From Candidatus Krumholzibacteriia bacterium (GTDB lineage: Bacteria; Krumholzibacteriota; Krumholzibacteriia; LZORAL124-64-63), in NCBI GenBank assembly GCA_014859985.1, contig JACZKN010000092.1, positions 5,980 through 69,979 on the forward strand: a DNA stretch of 64,000 nt. The letters run 5' to 3'. Made by a program: the position numbers and the translations under genes. The notes below the pieces were generated by a model. The model saw nothing but the letters and a program-made list of their open reading frames with translations. It was not told where the DNA came from and searched no databases. Position 1 is the stretch's first letter. Each line of letters opens with the position of its first letter. Of the stretch, positions 9,198-19,456 are shown piece by piece.

Positions 9198-11279
9198 CTA
9201 TTGACCAATAGCCAGGTCATCGAGGAACTCGGATGATGGTTCAACGCCGGTAACCAGGAGGTGGTCGCGCGCTCGCGTGCAGGCGACATAGAGTAGATGG
9301 CGTTCGGTGTTGTAGACCTCTTCAAGGTCCGCGTCATCCGCCACCGATTCAATTCGCTCCTGTAACGGCAGCACCTCATCGTCGCAGGCCATCACGGCGA
9401 CAGCTCGGAACTCGAGGCCTTTGGCCAGGTGCATCGTACAGATCGACACGCTCCCCGGCCGAGTGTCGAAGCTCTCCCGTAGCTCCAGGGCTTCAAGACC
9501 GGCGCGCTCCACCGCCGCCCTGGCACGGGGAAACTGCGCCGCAGAGCGCACGAAGATCCCGACCTCGCGCGGCTGCAACCCGTCCTTGCGAAGATCGACC
9601 AGCCAATCCGCGACGGACGCGATCTCATCCGATTCATCATCGAATCGTCGCAGCTCAGGGTTGGCTCCGTTGAACACGGACACCGTTCCGCGTCGGTTCT
9701 CCCGGTTCCCATCCACATCGGCCAATTCGGCTGGCAACAATCGATCTGCCTGTTGGCGGATCTGATGGGACGTGCGGTAGTTGACCCGCAAGGTAGAGGA
9801 GCGCCCACGCACGTCGACACCGAGAGACTTCCAGGAAAACGGCGGTTGGAATATTCGCTGTCCAAGATCGCCGGCGAAGAATAGCCCATCTGGACGACCC
9901 GTTGAAAGCGCAGCCAGAAAGCGTAGCTCGGGGACGCCGATATCCTGTGCCTCGTCCACGACAGCGAAGTCATACGGGCAGCTACTAGCGGCGAGGAGCC
10001 GCTTGGAAACCGCGGCAAACATCATGGCCATGGTGATCTCGCCACGTCTTGCTAGCTCTTGCCACACCCGGTCGAATACCGACCACAGGACCTGCCTCTG
10101 CTGCTCACCAAGTCTGGTCTTTCGCCCCAAGCGGGCAACATCCCGGTAAGTCTCCCATGTGTCCAGTTGCCACGCATCGACGACATCGTTCCATTCCGTC
10201 CACAAGAAGTGATCTGTGAATCGGTGGCCGCCAACGTCACGCGAAGCGCTCTTCAGCATGGCGCGCAACTCGGGCTCATGGACCAATTTCGGTTTGGTCA
10301 CCAAAGCGGCGTGCAGCCGCCGCCCGACCTCGCCGATCGCCAGGACCTCGATCCTTTCGAACAGTCTCGCGTCATTTCCGACCAGACGGCGCAGCTTTAC
10401 ACGAAGTGCGTCTGCCAGAGTGCCGGAAAACGTGGTCAGAAGAACGCGCGCGTTCTCATCTCGCTTTGCAAGGAATGCTGCACGGTGAAGTGCAACGACG
10501 GTCTTTCCTGTACCCGCGGAGCCTGCCACGCGCGCGGGGCCGGTGAACGTCCGCTCGACCAAGGTGCGCTGCGCCGGATGTAGGAATACCGTCCACTTTT
10601 CCCACGGGTAGTCCAGAGCCAGGCGCAGTTCATCGACGTTCGCCATGACCCGGAACCGGCGAAGCGCATCGGGATGCTCAAATGGATCGCCTTGCTCAGT
10701 TGCAGCGACAGGGACAGGTGGCATCCCCCCTGTGGCGATCTCGAGCAAAGCCTCGGCCGCCTCAGCTGGAAGACGGTCTGCGAGCTCGAGAATCGTGTCT
10801 TCTGTCGCTGTACGCACATTGGCTAGCCAATCGACCGGCACGCCATACGACAAGAGCGTGTGGTCATCAAGCGCAGCAAACGGGGTCTTCTGCGGCCGTT
10901 CGGGTTCCTGGGCCTCGATGAATTTGGGGATGACGATCTCTTGGTACGTCTCGCGGATCTCGACAATCTGAGCGGCACCCGTTGTCGGGTGTGCTTCCAG
11001 CTTACGCTTTTCCGCCCACCGATAGGCGTCATCGTGATGCCCGGCAAAGCAGAGCACCAGGCTCGCTGCGGTCTTGTGGACAATCAGACGCAGATCCTTG
11101 CTGACCCGTACCGACCAGAAGTTCTTGTCCTTCGCCTTCTCGAGCTTGTGGAACTGCATGCTCGGGTGTGCCGGATTGACCTGGAGGTCGAATGCCGTCG
11201 TCTTGACGGCCTTCTGCTCGTCACCTGAGAGTCGGCCCAGGCTGGTCGTAAAGGTGTCGGCAATTCGAAACGTAATCAT
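9198..11279 (-). CDS. UvrD/Rep-like SF1 helicase with N-terminal RelE/ParE-fold domain
   Basis: Helicase motifs I GSAGTGKT, II VVDEAQD, VI TMHLAKGLEFRAV; first ~100 aa (...LQVNPAHPSMQFHKL..WSVRVSKDLRLIVHKTAASLVLCFAGHHDDAY) follows the RelE/ParE toxin pattern; start overlaps Mod stop (ATGA). Confidence 0.65.
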   Translation of the reverse strand: MITFRIADTFTTSLGRLSGDEQKAVKTTAFDLQVNPAHPSMQFHKLEKAKDKNFWSVRVSKDLRLIVHKTAASLVLCFAGHHDDAYRWAEKRKLEAHPTTGAAQIVEIRETYQEIVIPKFIEAQEPERPQKTPFAALDDHTLLSYGVPVDWLANVRTATEDTILELADRLPAEAAEALLEIATGGMPPVPVAATEQGDPFEHPDALRRFRVMANVDELRLALDYPWEKWTVFLHPAQRTLVERTFTGPARVAGSAGTGKTVVALHRAAFLAKRDENARVLLTTFSGTLADALRVKLRRLVGNDARLFERIEVLAIGEVGRRLHAALVTKPKLVHEPELRAMLKSASRDVGGHRFTDHFLWTEWNDVVDAWQLDTWETYRDVARLGRKTRLGEQQRQVLWSVFDRVWQELARRGEITMAMMFAAVSKRLLAASSCPYDFAVVDEAQDIGVPELRFLAALSTGRPDGLFFAGDLGQRIFQPPFSWKSLGVDVRGRSSTLRVNYRTSHQIRQQADRLLPAELADVDGNRENRRGTVSVFNGANPELRRFDDESDEIASVADWLVDLRKDGLQPREVGIFVRSAAQFPRARAAVERAGLEALELRESFDTRPGSVSICTMHLAKGLEFRAVAVMACDDEVLPLQERIESVADDADLEEVYNTERHLLYVACTRARDHLLVTGVEPSSEFLDDLAIGQ

Positions 11280-14137
11280 TCGACTCTGAACACCTTCATC
11301 ACCTCGTCACCGAGATGGTTGATCACCTTCACTGCGATTCTGCCACCTGCAGGCTTGTCGAATGGACGCGATGTATCGCTATGCAAACTCTCCCAGGCAT
11401 CCTCGTTGATCTCCGCCTTGAGGGTCGTCTTGAGGCTCTTGTATGGGTCACTCGCGCCGAGAAAGTAGGCGTGGCGAACGAAGAAGCTCTCTCCGTTGTA
11501 GTCGGTGTCGATGAACCAGCATGCGATGCCCTCGGCGCCGTCGCTGCGGACCTCGCCTGTATTCGGGTGGAACACGTCCACGCCGTTGATCCGCACTTTG
11601 ATCTGGCTGTCCTCGGCGTCGTCACTATCGACCGGAAGAACGTCGATATCCGGCTCGCCGAAGATCACGAACAGGTTGCCCTTGCCGGTGTTCTTCAGGT
11701 CGTCGGCCATGTGCAGGTCGGCGTTCATCCGGGCCTTGAGCACCGGGACACGGCCGAGCTTGTCGAACTCCGACGAGTGGGCGTCGTAGTTGAAAGCGCA
11801 CGCGATCAACACGTCGAAGCCCGCATCGCCGGCCTCGCGGGCGGCCAGCACCAGATCCTGGCGGCTGACGGTGCCGAATTCCGGGCCGATGAAGATGCCC
11901 GCTCTACGGGTCTCGTTGCCACCCTTTCCGTCGGAGAACATACCCTCGGCGCAGATGAATGTGCCCGGCCAGCCCTTGATGGAGCTGAAGTTGATCTTGT
12001 CTTCCTTGTGCGCCTGCTGCACGCCTGCCGTCTTGAGGTTGTCCAGGATCATCTCGACGAAGCCATCACCATCTGCCACCGGCTGCGGGCCAGCCTGCTG
12101 CGGATCGATCAGCTCGTCGTTTTCATCCACGTCCATCACGCGGTGTGGGCTGAGCGATTCGACGGTGAATGGCCCGGCCACGCGGACTTTGCTGCGATCC
12201 TCGTAGGGTTTGTCGAAGAGGAACTCGAAGTCGGCCTTGGCAGCGATGGAGGCGTCAATCTTCCGCTGGCGCGCGATGCGAGCCTTCCACCAATCGCTGT
12301 GGAGCTTCTTTGTTGTGTCCGGCCATTTCGTGTCAGCCTCGCGTGGAATCTCCCAATCCTCCCACTTGGTCTTCATCGCGGCGTTCAGCGTCTGGCGTTG
12401 TGGCTCGAGCGCCTCCTGCCACTTCTCCCAAATGACGTCGATCTCGGCATTGTTGGCAATCGACTTGAGAGTAATGTGCGGGACACGCTCGTAAACGAAG
12501 CCGTGGCGGATGTTGCCATAAACTCGTTGGGTGCTCGGTGTTGTATGGGTAAGCTCAGCTTCCTTGAGCTGGCCGTCCATGGAGTCAGCGAGTATGTAGT
12601 AAGGATAACGGGCGCCCATGATGCGAGCGCGAGCAAGAGCTAAGGCCACCCGAGAGGTGTCAATCGTTATCCAGCGGCGGCCCCACTGCTCCGCAATCGC
12701 CGCTGTAGTCCCTGCGCCACAAGTTGGATCCAGAACGAGGTCGCCTGGGTCCGTTGCCATAAGGACGCAGCGTTGAATTACCTTCTCATTGGTCTGCACC
12801 ACATACATTTTGCGGTCGCTTGTGAACCCGGCCACGCCCGTATCTGTCCAGACGTTAGTGCGGGGCATTACGGCGAAGTCGTCAAAGTAACGTTTGTATC
12901 TCAAGCTGTTGCCAACGACCAATAATCGATTTGCCTTGCGCAAGCGGTGCATTCCAACTGTGGAAGTGGACCAGTACCGATGACCGCTCCGAAACTCTTT
13001 GCCGAACGCCGAGATCGGCTCCGAGAGACTTTCGTGTGACGACGTGAGGTCGCTAGCCGCAAACACCCGTACGTTGTCGCTGGGGTCTGGGTCAACAAGG
13101 TCACTCAAACTGAGTCGCTTGGTTTGACCGTCTTGGAGCTCGGCATAGTTGTATCCTTTGGAACCCGTCCCCCCGAGTTCTTTCAATTCGACGGAGTTGC
13201 GATACTTCACGCGCTCAGAATCTTTAGCGTACCAGAGAATTGTGTCATTCACTTGGGGCAAGAGTCCTCGACCTTGGGTGCTAGTCGTGACGTAGTGTAT
13301 GGTGGCGCAACAATTCTCATCGCCGAACACTTCATCAAGTAGCGCCCTCACGCGATGCGTGTGCTCATCGCCGATCTGGACGAAGATCGATCCCGTTTCT
13401 GTCAGCAAGTCACGTGCGACAGTCAGGCGGTCACGGAGGTAGGTTAGGTACGAGTGAATACCATCCCGCCAAGTGTCGCGGAAGGCCTTGACCTGTTCTG
13501 GCTCGCGGGTGATGTGCTCGACGTTGCCGTCCTTGACATCGCGGCTGGTGGTGGACCACTGAAAATTGGAGTTGAACTTGATACCGTACGGCGGGTCGAT
13601 GTAGATGCACTGCACCTGCCCGCGTAGACCTTCGCGTTCGGTCAGGGAGGCCATCACCTGGAGCGAATCGCCCAGGATCATGCGGTTGGTCCAGTTGGCG
13701 TCGTGCTGGTAGAACTCAGTGCGAGCGTTCTCGTTGGGAAGACCGTTGAAATCGGCGAACAGATCGGGAAACAGGCTAGGCGCGGCATTCTCGGCTTCCT
13801 CGTGCTCCTGTTGCTGAGTGCGGCGCATCAGGTCATCGATCAGCACCTTGGGGTGGACCTTCTCCTGGATGTACAGCGGCGGTGCGTAGACGATGAGGTC
13901 CGACCAGTCCTGCTCATCCTTGCCCCGCCAAACAAGCTGCGGATCTAGATCGCGGTTGCGCGCAGATTTCTCCTCGTCCAGCCCGCCCGCACCCCGTTCG
14001 TAGGTTACCTCGATGGGTCGAGCGTGGTGCTCCGGCACGACAGACTCGAGCTCGGCGGTAGGGATATTCTTGCGCGACGCTTCCTCGTGAGTCAGCGTTT
14101 CGACCGTCTTCCGCTTCTTGCTTACTCGCTTCGCCAT
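11276..14137 (-). CDS. mod: Type III-like N6-adenine/N4-cytosine DNA methyltransferase (Mod, beta-class) with long N- and C-terminal extensions
   Basis: Motif IV QCIYIDPPYG precedes motif I LDPTCGAGTTAAIA (beta order); 953 aa; SD AAAGGA before ATG. Confidence 0.7.
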   Translation of the reverse strand: MAKRVSKKRKTVETLTHEEASRKNIPTAELESVVPEHHARPIEVTYERGAGGLDEEKSARNRDLDPQLVWRGKDEQDWSDLIVYAPPLYIQEKVHPKVLIDDLMRRTQQQEHEEAENAAPSLFPDLFADFNGLPNENARTEFYQHDANWTNRMILGDSLQVMASLTEREGLRGQVQCIYIDPPYGIKFNSNFQWSTTSRDVKDGNVEHITREPEQVKAFRDTWRDGIHSYLTYLRDRLTVARDLLTETGSIFVQIGDEHTHRVRALLDEVFGDENCCATIHYVTTSTQGRGLLPQVNDTILWYAKDSERVKYRNSVELKELGGTGSKGYNYAELQDGQTKRLSLSDLVDPDPSDNVRVFAASDLTSSHESLSEPISAFGKEFRSGHRYWSTSTVGMHRLRKANRLLVVGNSLRYKRYFDDFAVMPRTNVWTDTGVAGFTSDRKMYVVQTNEKVIQRCVLMATDPGDLVLDPTCGAGTTAAIAEQWGRRWITIDTSRVALALARARIMGARYPYYILADSMDGQLKEAELTHTTPSTQRVYGNIRHGFVYERVPHITLKSIANNAEIDVIWEKWQEALEPQRQTLNAAMKTKWEDWEIPREADTKWPDTTKKLHSDWWKARIARQRKIDASIAAKADFEFLFDKPYEDRSKVRVAGPFTVESLSPHRVMDVDENDELIDPQQAGPQPVADGDGFVEMILDNLKTAGVQQAHKEDKINFSSIKGWPGTFICAEGMFSDGKGGNETRRAGIFIGPEFGTVSRQDLVLAAREAGDAGFDVLIACAFNYDAHSSEFDKLGRVPVLKARMNADLHMADDLKNTGKGNLFVIFGEPDIDVLPVDSDDAEDSQIKVRINGVDVFHPNTGEVRSDGAEGIACWFIDTDYNGESFFVRHAYFLGASDPYKSLKTTLKAEINEDAWESLHSDTSRPFDKPAGGRIAVKVINHLGDEVMKVFRVE

Positions 14138-14148
14138 TATGAAATCCT

Positions 14149-17100
14149 TTAGGCCGTCTGATTGGTTACGGAGTCGATCATCCTGTTGAACTCGGCCTCG
14201 ACTCTGGCCTCGAAATCGCTGCCGATCTGGTAGACGTCAGCGAACTCTGCAAACGCCCATCGGCCGTAGGTGCCAAGGTTATTCACTCCAGGTACCCAGT
14301 AGACGTCCATCGTAGACTTCTTCTCCTTGGCGTCTTCGCCGCGATATCCCTTGATCTCCACGACCAAGTGTAGCGGATCATCTTCTCCGCGTCCGTCGTC
14401 AACCAGGACGATGAAGTCGGGGATGTACGTTCGCATCTGGGAGCCGAAACGATACGGCACTTCCATCCCGAGGTTGTGATTTTTGACGTACGACCGAACG
14501 CAAGGATGCGCCTCCGCCACGCGGCAGAACTCCGCCTCCCAGTCGCTATCCAGAATGACCCAGTTGATGTGGCAACGTCTGGAATCCGTCTGCCACCGGT
14601 CTCTTTTCGATGTGTTGAAGTTCACAAATGAAGTCGAACCCGTCGGGTTATACGGATCAAGCACGGCCTTGATCGGCCGCTCGCCGATGAGCGAGCGGGT
14701 GATACCGGCTGTGATCCGCTCGCAGGCCATGTCTGCCAATTCCTGGTACATCAGTAATGCCGGGTAGGTGTCCCCTTTGCACTCGAGGCAGCTTTCCAGC
14801 CACTGCTTCGTTATGCGCTTTAGCTGCCCGAATAAATGAAGCTTTGGCTCCTCACCAGGATCTCGCCACTTCGTGTAAAGCAGCCGCTTCGTGACGTGGA
14901 ACAGCAACGTTGAGCGGCGCATGTCCCCAAGGTGCTCGAGGCTCAAATCGACGTCTTCGCCAATGATTCCCGCGTTCTTCGTGATCGATGGGCCAACGAT
15001 ATCGGGCGTCAGTACTAGAACCGAATCGTCGTTGAATTCAGCCGACAGCCTCTCTTCCGGCAACTCCACACGATAGCCATCCACTCGGGGAAAGCGGATC
15101 TCCAAGGAGTCGCGCTCTGGCCGTACAGCTTTGACTTGCACGGTTTCCCGCGGGGGCTGAGGCGGCGCTACTACCGGCTTAGCAGTGAAGTCGAACGGTA
15201 CGCCGAGAACGTCGGCATATTCGACGTTGAAGAGATTCTCTTCGTTCAGGTCATAGGATTGCCTGCGAAGAGCACGGCCGATGACCTGCTCACATAGCAA
15301 CTGCGTGCCGAACGCTCGCACACCCAGAACGTGTGTGACGGTGTTGGCGTCCCAACCCTCGGTCAGCATGGAGACCGACACCACGCAGCGGATCGATTCT
15401 CCCAGACGGTCTGGCTTCCCGACCGTGTTCATCACTTCTCGGAGCAGGTCTTGGTCTGTGAGGTTTTCGGCCTGCCGGAGGTCACCTGTTCGCTCGACGA
15501 TCTCTCGACGAAAGCGATCGATCTCGTCTGAGGCGAGATCTCGGAAATTCTTGTCCAGGGCATCCCCAGATTCGAGTTGTTCGCTGTCGATCAGCAAAGT
15601 CCGTGGGCGACCCAGTGGATTGCCATGGTCGTCAAAGTTTCGAAAGAGCTCCAGCCGGCCATTCTCGAGCGTTGTCGAACCGTCCTCGTTCTCTCTCTGG
15701 AAGCCAGAGATATAGTCGTACACCAGCTTCGAGGTCGAAGTGTTGTTGCAGACGACAATGAAGCATGGCGGGACCTTGATGGATGCCTTCTGCCATAGTT
15801 CGTATGTCTTTTCATAGTGGCCATAGAGGGCTTCAAGTGCTGTCTGCAACTCAACAGGGATGCTGAGTGGGTCAAGCGTCTTCCCTTTGCCGCGCCCCTT
15901 CTTTGGCATCCGCTTCCCGATATGCTCCCAAAGGTTCCGGAACTTCGGCATCTCCTCGCCTGGAATGTTGTCGGCGACCGGAACGCGAGGAAGTTTGACG
16001 ATGCCGCATTCGATGGCATCCATGAGCGAGAAGTCGCACATCGTCCAAGGGAAAAGGGTGCCTTCGGCGTAGCCGGAACCTCGCAGGAAGAACGGGGTCG
16101 CCGATAGATCGAAGACCTGGGCGAGGCCAAGCTTCCGGTTAATGGCTTCCAGACCCGAAATCCACACCCTTGCGGCTTCGTTGTTCTTTTCCGCTTCCTT
16201 GCGGTCGTCCCCCTTGAGGTCTCCCTCGTCATCGTTGACCTGCTTCTCGCGATAGCAGTGATGGCCTTCGTCATTGAGCGCCAAGACGTTTTTCATGCCC
16301 ATCAAGTCGGGCATGACTCGCTGAAGCATCTGCCCTTCCGATTCAAGGGTACTCAACTCCTCGCCACGTCCCTGAAGCAGTGAGCGACCGCCCTTCGACA
16401 GATCCAGCCGTTCCCGCAGCTTGAACGAGTGGAAGTTCGTAATGACGATCTTGGCGCGATCGAGATCGGCCAACATGTCGTTGGGTACGAGTTCGCGACT
16501 CTGGTAGTAGCTGTCGGGATCGTTGGGCAACAAGACGCGTAGGCGGTCACGGATCGTGATTCCCGGTGCGACGACAACGAAACCACGCGTGAACTTCTTG
16601 CTGGTTGGCCTCCGCACTGCGTTGATTGTCTGCCAAGCGATGATCATCGCCATGACCGTGGTCTTCCCTGCACCAGTCGCCAGCTTGAGCGCCAACCGTA
16701 ACAGCTCAGGATTGGCCTGTTCGTTCGCAGCCTTAAGATGATCAACGAGCTGGCGCCCTGTCTTGCCAGACTTCGGCGCGACCTCCCAAAGCCAAATAGC
16801 GGTCTCGACGGCTTCCAACTGGCAGAAAAACGGACGAAAGGAGGCGAACTTATGGTGCCGCCAATGTTGGAGGAGCCGAGCTGTCTCCGGCGTCACCTGC
16901 CATTGACTGGAGTTGGGCAGCGCTCTCCAACGATCGACTTCCCTGCGAACAGCATTGATGATCGGTGTCGGGTCATATTGCTGTTCTTGGGTCGAGAGCC
17001 CTTTGCCCTCATTGAAGACGATCTCTTGCTGCGTCTTCTTCTTGTGCTTCCGAGGCTTGGGAATAGGCGTTATCAGCTGGCAAGGCCGACGACGATCGAC

Positions 17101-17202
17101 AACTTTCTGGGTCGGTTGGCCGTTCTCATCAAGCTCCCAATGACGAATGGGGTAGTCGTATGGAGAATTGAGGATTGGATGCTTGAAGAACTCGTGATCC
17201 AT
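14149..17202 (-). CDS. res: Type III-like restriction endonuclease/helicase subunit (Res)
   Basis: MDHEFFKHPILNSPYDYPIRHWELDENGQPT N-terminus, Walker A LATGAGKT, DEGHH box, C-terminal PD-(D/E)xK-like D...EIKGYRGEDAKEKK. Start moved to internal ATG at 17202 because the track ORF upstream overlaps the HTH gene in another frame. Confidence 0.7.
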   Translation of the reverse strand: MDHEFFKHPILNSPYDYPIRHWELDENGQPTQKVVDRRRPCQLITPIPKPRKHKKKTQQEIVFNEGKGLSTQEQQYDPTPIINAVRREVDRWRALPNSSQWQVTPETARLLQHWRHHKFASFRPFFCQLEAVETAIWLWEVAPKSGKTGRQLVDHLKAANEQANPELLRLALKLATGAGKTTVMAMIIAWQTINAVRRPTSKKFTRGFVVVAPGITIRDRLRVLLPNDPDSYYQSRELVPNDMLADLDRAKIVITNFHSFKLRERLDLSKGGRSLLQGRGEELSTLESEGQMLQRVMPDLMGMKNVLALNDEGHHCYREKQVNDDEGDLKGDDRKEAEKNNEAARVWISGLEAINRKLGLAQVFDLSATPFFLRGSGYAEGTLFPWTMCDFSLMDAIECGIVKLPRVPVADNIPGEEMPKFRNLWEHIGKRMPKKGRGKGKTLDPLSIPVELQTALEALYGHYEKTYELWQKASIKVPPCFIVVCNNTSTSKLVYDYISGFQRENEDGSTTLENGRLELFRNFDDHGNPLGRPRTLLIDSEQLESGDALDKNFRDLASDEIDRFRREIVERTGDLRQAENLTDQDLLREVMNTVGKPDRLGESIRCVVSVSMLTEGWDANTVTHVLGVRAFGTQLLCEQVIGRALRRQSYDLNEENLFNVEYADVLGVPFDFTAKPVVAPPQPPRETVQVKAVRPERDSLEIRFPRVDGYRVELPEERLSAEFNDDSVLVLTPDIVGPSITKNAGIIGEDVDLSLEHLGDMRRSTLLFHVTKRLLYTKWRDPGEEPKLHLFGQLKRITKQWLESCLECKGDTYPALLMYQELADMACERITAGITRSLIGERPIKAVLDPYNPTGSTSFVNFNTSKRDRWQTDSRRCHINWVILDSDWEAEFCRVAEAHPCVRSYVKNHNLGMEVPYRFGSQMRTYIPDFIVLVDDGRGEDDPLHLVVEIKGYRGEDAKEKKSTMDVYWVPGVNNLGTYGRWAFAEFADVYQIGSDFEARVEAEFNRMIDSVTNQTA

Positions 17203-17213
17203 TGGGGGCGTCC

Positions 17214-17435
17214 TTAGGCTTTCTGATTGCGATTCTGACTGAGCCACTTGTCGATCGCAGTTTTGTGGAAACGCCAGTGGCGGCCGATCTTCTGACCGGG
17301 TACGTCCCCCCGGCGCGCCAGGTGATAGAGCGTCGATTTCGGTAGCTTCAGGTATTCGGCCAGCTGGTCGATGGTTAGCACCATATCTCGCGGTTCTTTC
17401 ATCAGTAACACCTCGCCGTGCAAGGCGAAGCGCAT
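17214..17435 (-). CDS. excisionase/AlpA-family HTH DNA-binding protein (possible controller of the R-M operon)
   Basis: LTIDQLAEYLKLPKSTLYHLARRGDVPGQKIGRHWRFHKTAIDKWL; stop 11 nt before Res ATG. Confidence 0.55.
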   Translation of the reverse strand: MRFALHGEVLLMKEPRDMVLTIDQLAEYLKLPKSTLYHLARRGDVPGQKIGRHWRFHKTAIDKWLSQNRNQKA

Positions 17436-17681
17436 TGCACAGTCGGAATGAGTGCAGGAGATAGTAGGCGTCGCTGGCAGTTGCTGTCAATTGTTGTTGG
17501 ATATCAGCCAGCAATGGCCACAGCAAGACGATTAACGCGTTTTACGTCACCGCATTAAGTCAGGAAGATGGAGATAGGGAAGCGCAGACAGAAGGTGATG
17601 GAGGGTCTCCTCTACTCCTCCGGCGCTGCCTCAATCATCTCGGTTGCGGCAGAACGCAGCCCAATCGACTTGGGACACTGC

Positions 17682-18083
17682 CTATTTCTTCTGAAATGTG
17701 CTCACCACTCCCGGAAGGATCTTCTCCGCCGATCGTCCGATCACGTACCCACCAAGACCGATCTCGACGATGTCCCAGAGCTTCAGGACCTCAGCCTCGC
17801 CCAGGTTCGGGGCCGACCACCCGAGCCACCGAGCCACGATCAACCCGACGAAGACCAGCATCGTGATCGGCCGCCAGGTCCGCTGGAGCCAACTCTGGCC
17901 CTGCGCCTCGGCCTTGACGACCTCGGCGGCCGCCCGTTCGATCTCCGAAGTCCGCTCCAGGACGGCCGCCTGCAGCGCCTGCTGCAGTTCGATCCGCTTC
18001 AGTTCCTGCTCCGGGTCCGGGAAGATGCGGTCGGCGACTCCGCCGGCGACCTTCCCCAGAATGCCAAGGATCTCTCCAACCAT
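17682..18083 (-). CDS. holin-like membrane protein
   Basis: 133 aa, membrane segments, immediately downstream of endolysin. Confidence 0.45.
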   Translation of the reverse strand: MVGEILGILGKVAGGVADRIFPDPEQELKRIELQQALQAAVLERTSEIERAAAEVVKAEAQGQSWLQRTWRPITMLVFVGLIVARWLGWSAPNLGEAEVLKLWDIVEIGLGGYVIGRSAEKILPGVVSTFQKK

Positions 18084-18095
18084 TGCTCTCTCCTC

Positions 18096-18590
18096 TCAGG
18101 CATAGGCCCGGTTCAGCCACCCGCCCTGGAACACGATCTGATCCGCGCTTCGGGCCACCCGAAGCCGGTATTCACCGGCGGCCTCAGACCTCAGGGCCGC
18201 CATCAATGCCTTCTGGTCGGCTTGCTCCGCCGCCCCGCAGGTCTCGGTACCCAGAAGCCCGTCGATCACGACCCGCAGACCGCAGGCCTGCAAGGCACGC
18301 TGGAGGCAGGTCACCGCCGTCTTGTTGCCGAGGTTGACGGCCAGATCGAACACCTTGACGGCGATCGCCTCGGGCAGGAACTCGTAGCGATGCCCCCGCC
18401 AGTAGCGCTCCCAGTAGACTTCGATCGCCTGCTCTCGGGTGAGGCTCGCCACGTCCAGGTCCGGGTTCCAACGCTTGGCGATCCCGAACTTGGTCGGCCC
18501 GCCCCGATCGACAGGGTTGTCGGTGTAGGTGTCACCCTCGTGCTCGAGGACTACCTCGATCGCCCGATCAAAGAGTTCTCTGCGGTTCAC
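18096..18590 (-). CDS. endolysin, GH108 lysozyme with PG-binding domain
   Basis: LEHEGDTYTDNPVDRGGPTKFGI and FDLAVNLG...LQRAL..DG..G..T match the GH108/PG_binding_3 pattern. Confidence 0.7.
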   Translation of the reverse strand: MNRRELFDRAIEVVLEHEGDTYTDNPVDRGGPTKFGIAKRWNPDLDVASLTREQAIEVYWERYWRGHRYEFLPEAIAVKVFDLAVNLGNKTAVTCLQRALQACGLRVVIDGLLGTETCGAAEQADQKALMAALRSEAAGEYRLRVARSADQIVFQGGWLNRAYA

Positions 18591-18591
18591 G

Positions 18592-18996
18592 TCAGGCCTC
18601 CCTTCGGGCCAGCTCGAGGCGCAGCGCCCCGAGGATGTCGCACAACCGCTGGCTGCGGTCCTTCATGTCCGTCTCGATCTCCTTCTGGGTCTCGTTGAGC
18701 CGCTCCATCCCGCTGCGGATCTGGATCAGGACCTCATGGACGTCGTCCAGCGAGTGCCGTCCAGGGGCCAGCGGGCAGACGACCTTGAGCTCCTCGAAGG
18801 CGACCTTCGTCCCATTGCTCCCATTGCGCCTCCACAGCTGATTTCGGGCGAGGTCGACGGTCTGGATGGCCAGCTTCACGGCCAGCATCGTCGCCATCAG
18901 CCCGAGCCCGCCAAGCCCCAAGCTGCGCGCTACTTCCAACGTCAGTTCCATCGATTGCCTTTCAGGACTCGAAGCGCCAGTCAAACGGGGGGTCAA
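18592..18996 (-). CDS. hypothetical phage membrane protein (lysis-associated?)
   Basis: TM segment GLGGLGLMATMLAVKLAI; adjacent to endolysin. Confidence 0.3.
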   Translation of the reverse strand: MTPRLTGASSPERQSMELTLEVARSLGLGGLGLMATMLAVKLAIQTVDLARNQLWRRNGSNGTKVAFEELKVVCPLAPGRHSLDDVHEVLIQIRSGMERLNETQKEIETDMKDRSQRLCDILGALRLELARREA

Positions 18997-19450
18997 ACTT
19001 GCTCGGCTGGACGTATGAGGCGATCAGCGTGAACCATGGCACGCTCAGCCAAGCTTGGGTCAGGGCCTGGAGTTCGACTTCGGCGCGGTAGGTCTCCCCG
19101 ACCGTAAGGCTAGGCACGTACACACGGTGGTCCGATGCCGTCGTCCACCCGCTCGTCCCGACGACCACCTCGTCGCTGACTCGGATGATCCGCATCCTCG
19201 CTCTGGCCTCAGTCAAGGGGGCGTTGAGGAAGGCGTACAGGTACGAGTTCGTGCCAGCAGCCGTGAAGGTGGATTGCGACGTGAGGACGAGTAGAACGGG
19301 CTCAGAAGCTACAATCCGCGGGGGCAGGATGACGCCTGTCCCATTCGCCCAACCGCCGTTGTGCACTTCTCCGCCGTACTGGGCCCGGGCAGCCATGGGG
19401 GCCACCGCCACCAGCCAAAGGATGATCACGGTGCAAGATCGAATACGCAT
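18962..19450 (-). CDS. secreted hypothetical protein
   Basis: Signal peptide MRIRSCTVIILWLVAVAPMAARA. Confidence 0.35.
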   Translation of the reverse strand: MRIRSCTVIILWLVAVAPMAARAQYGGEVHNGGWANGTGVILPPRIVASEPVLLVLTSQSTFTAAGTNSYLYAFLNAPLTEARARMRIIRVSDEVVVGTSGWTTASDHRVYVPSLTVGETYRAEVELQALTQAWLSVPWFTLIASYVQPSKFDPPFDWRFES

Positions 19451-19456
19451 TGCAGA

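Noticed and set aside
17568-18698. 376-aa plus-strand ORF
   Set aside because: Antisense to the holin/endolysin genes, Arg/Pro/Gly-rich, typical GC-rich antisense artefact.
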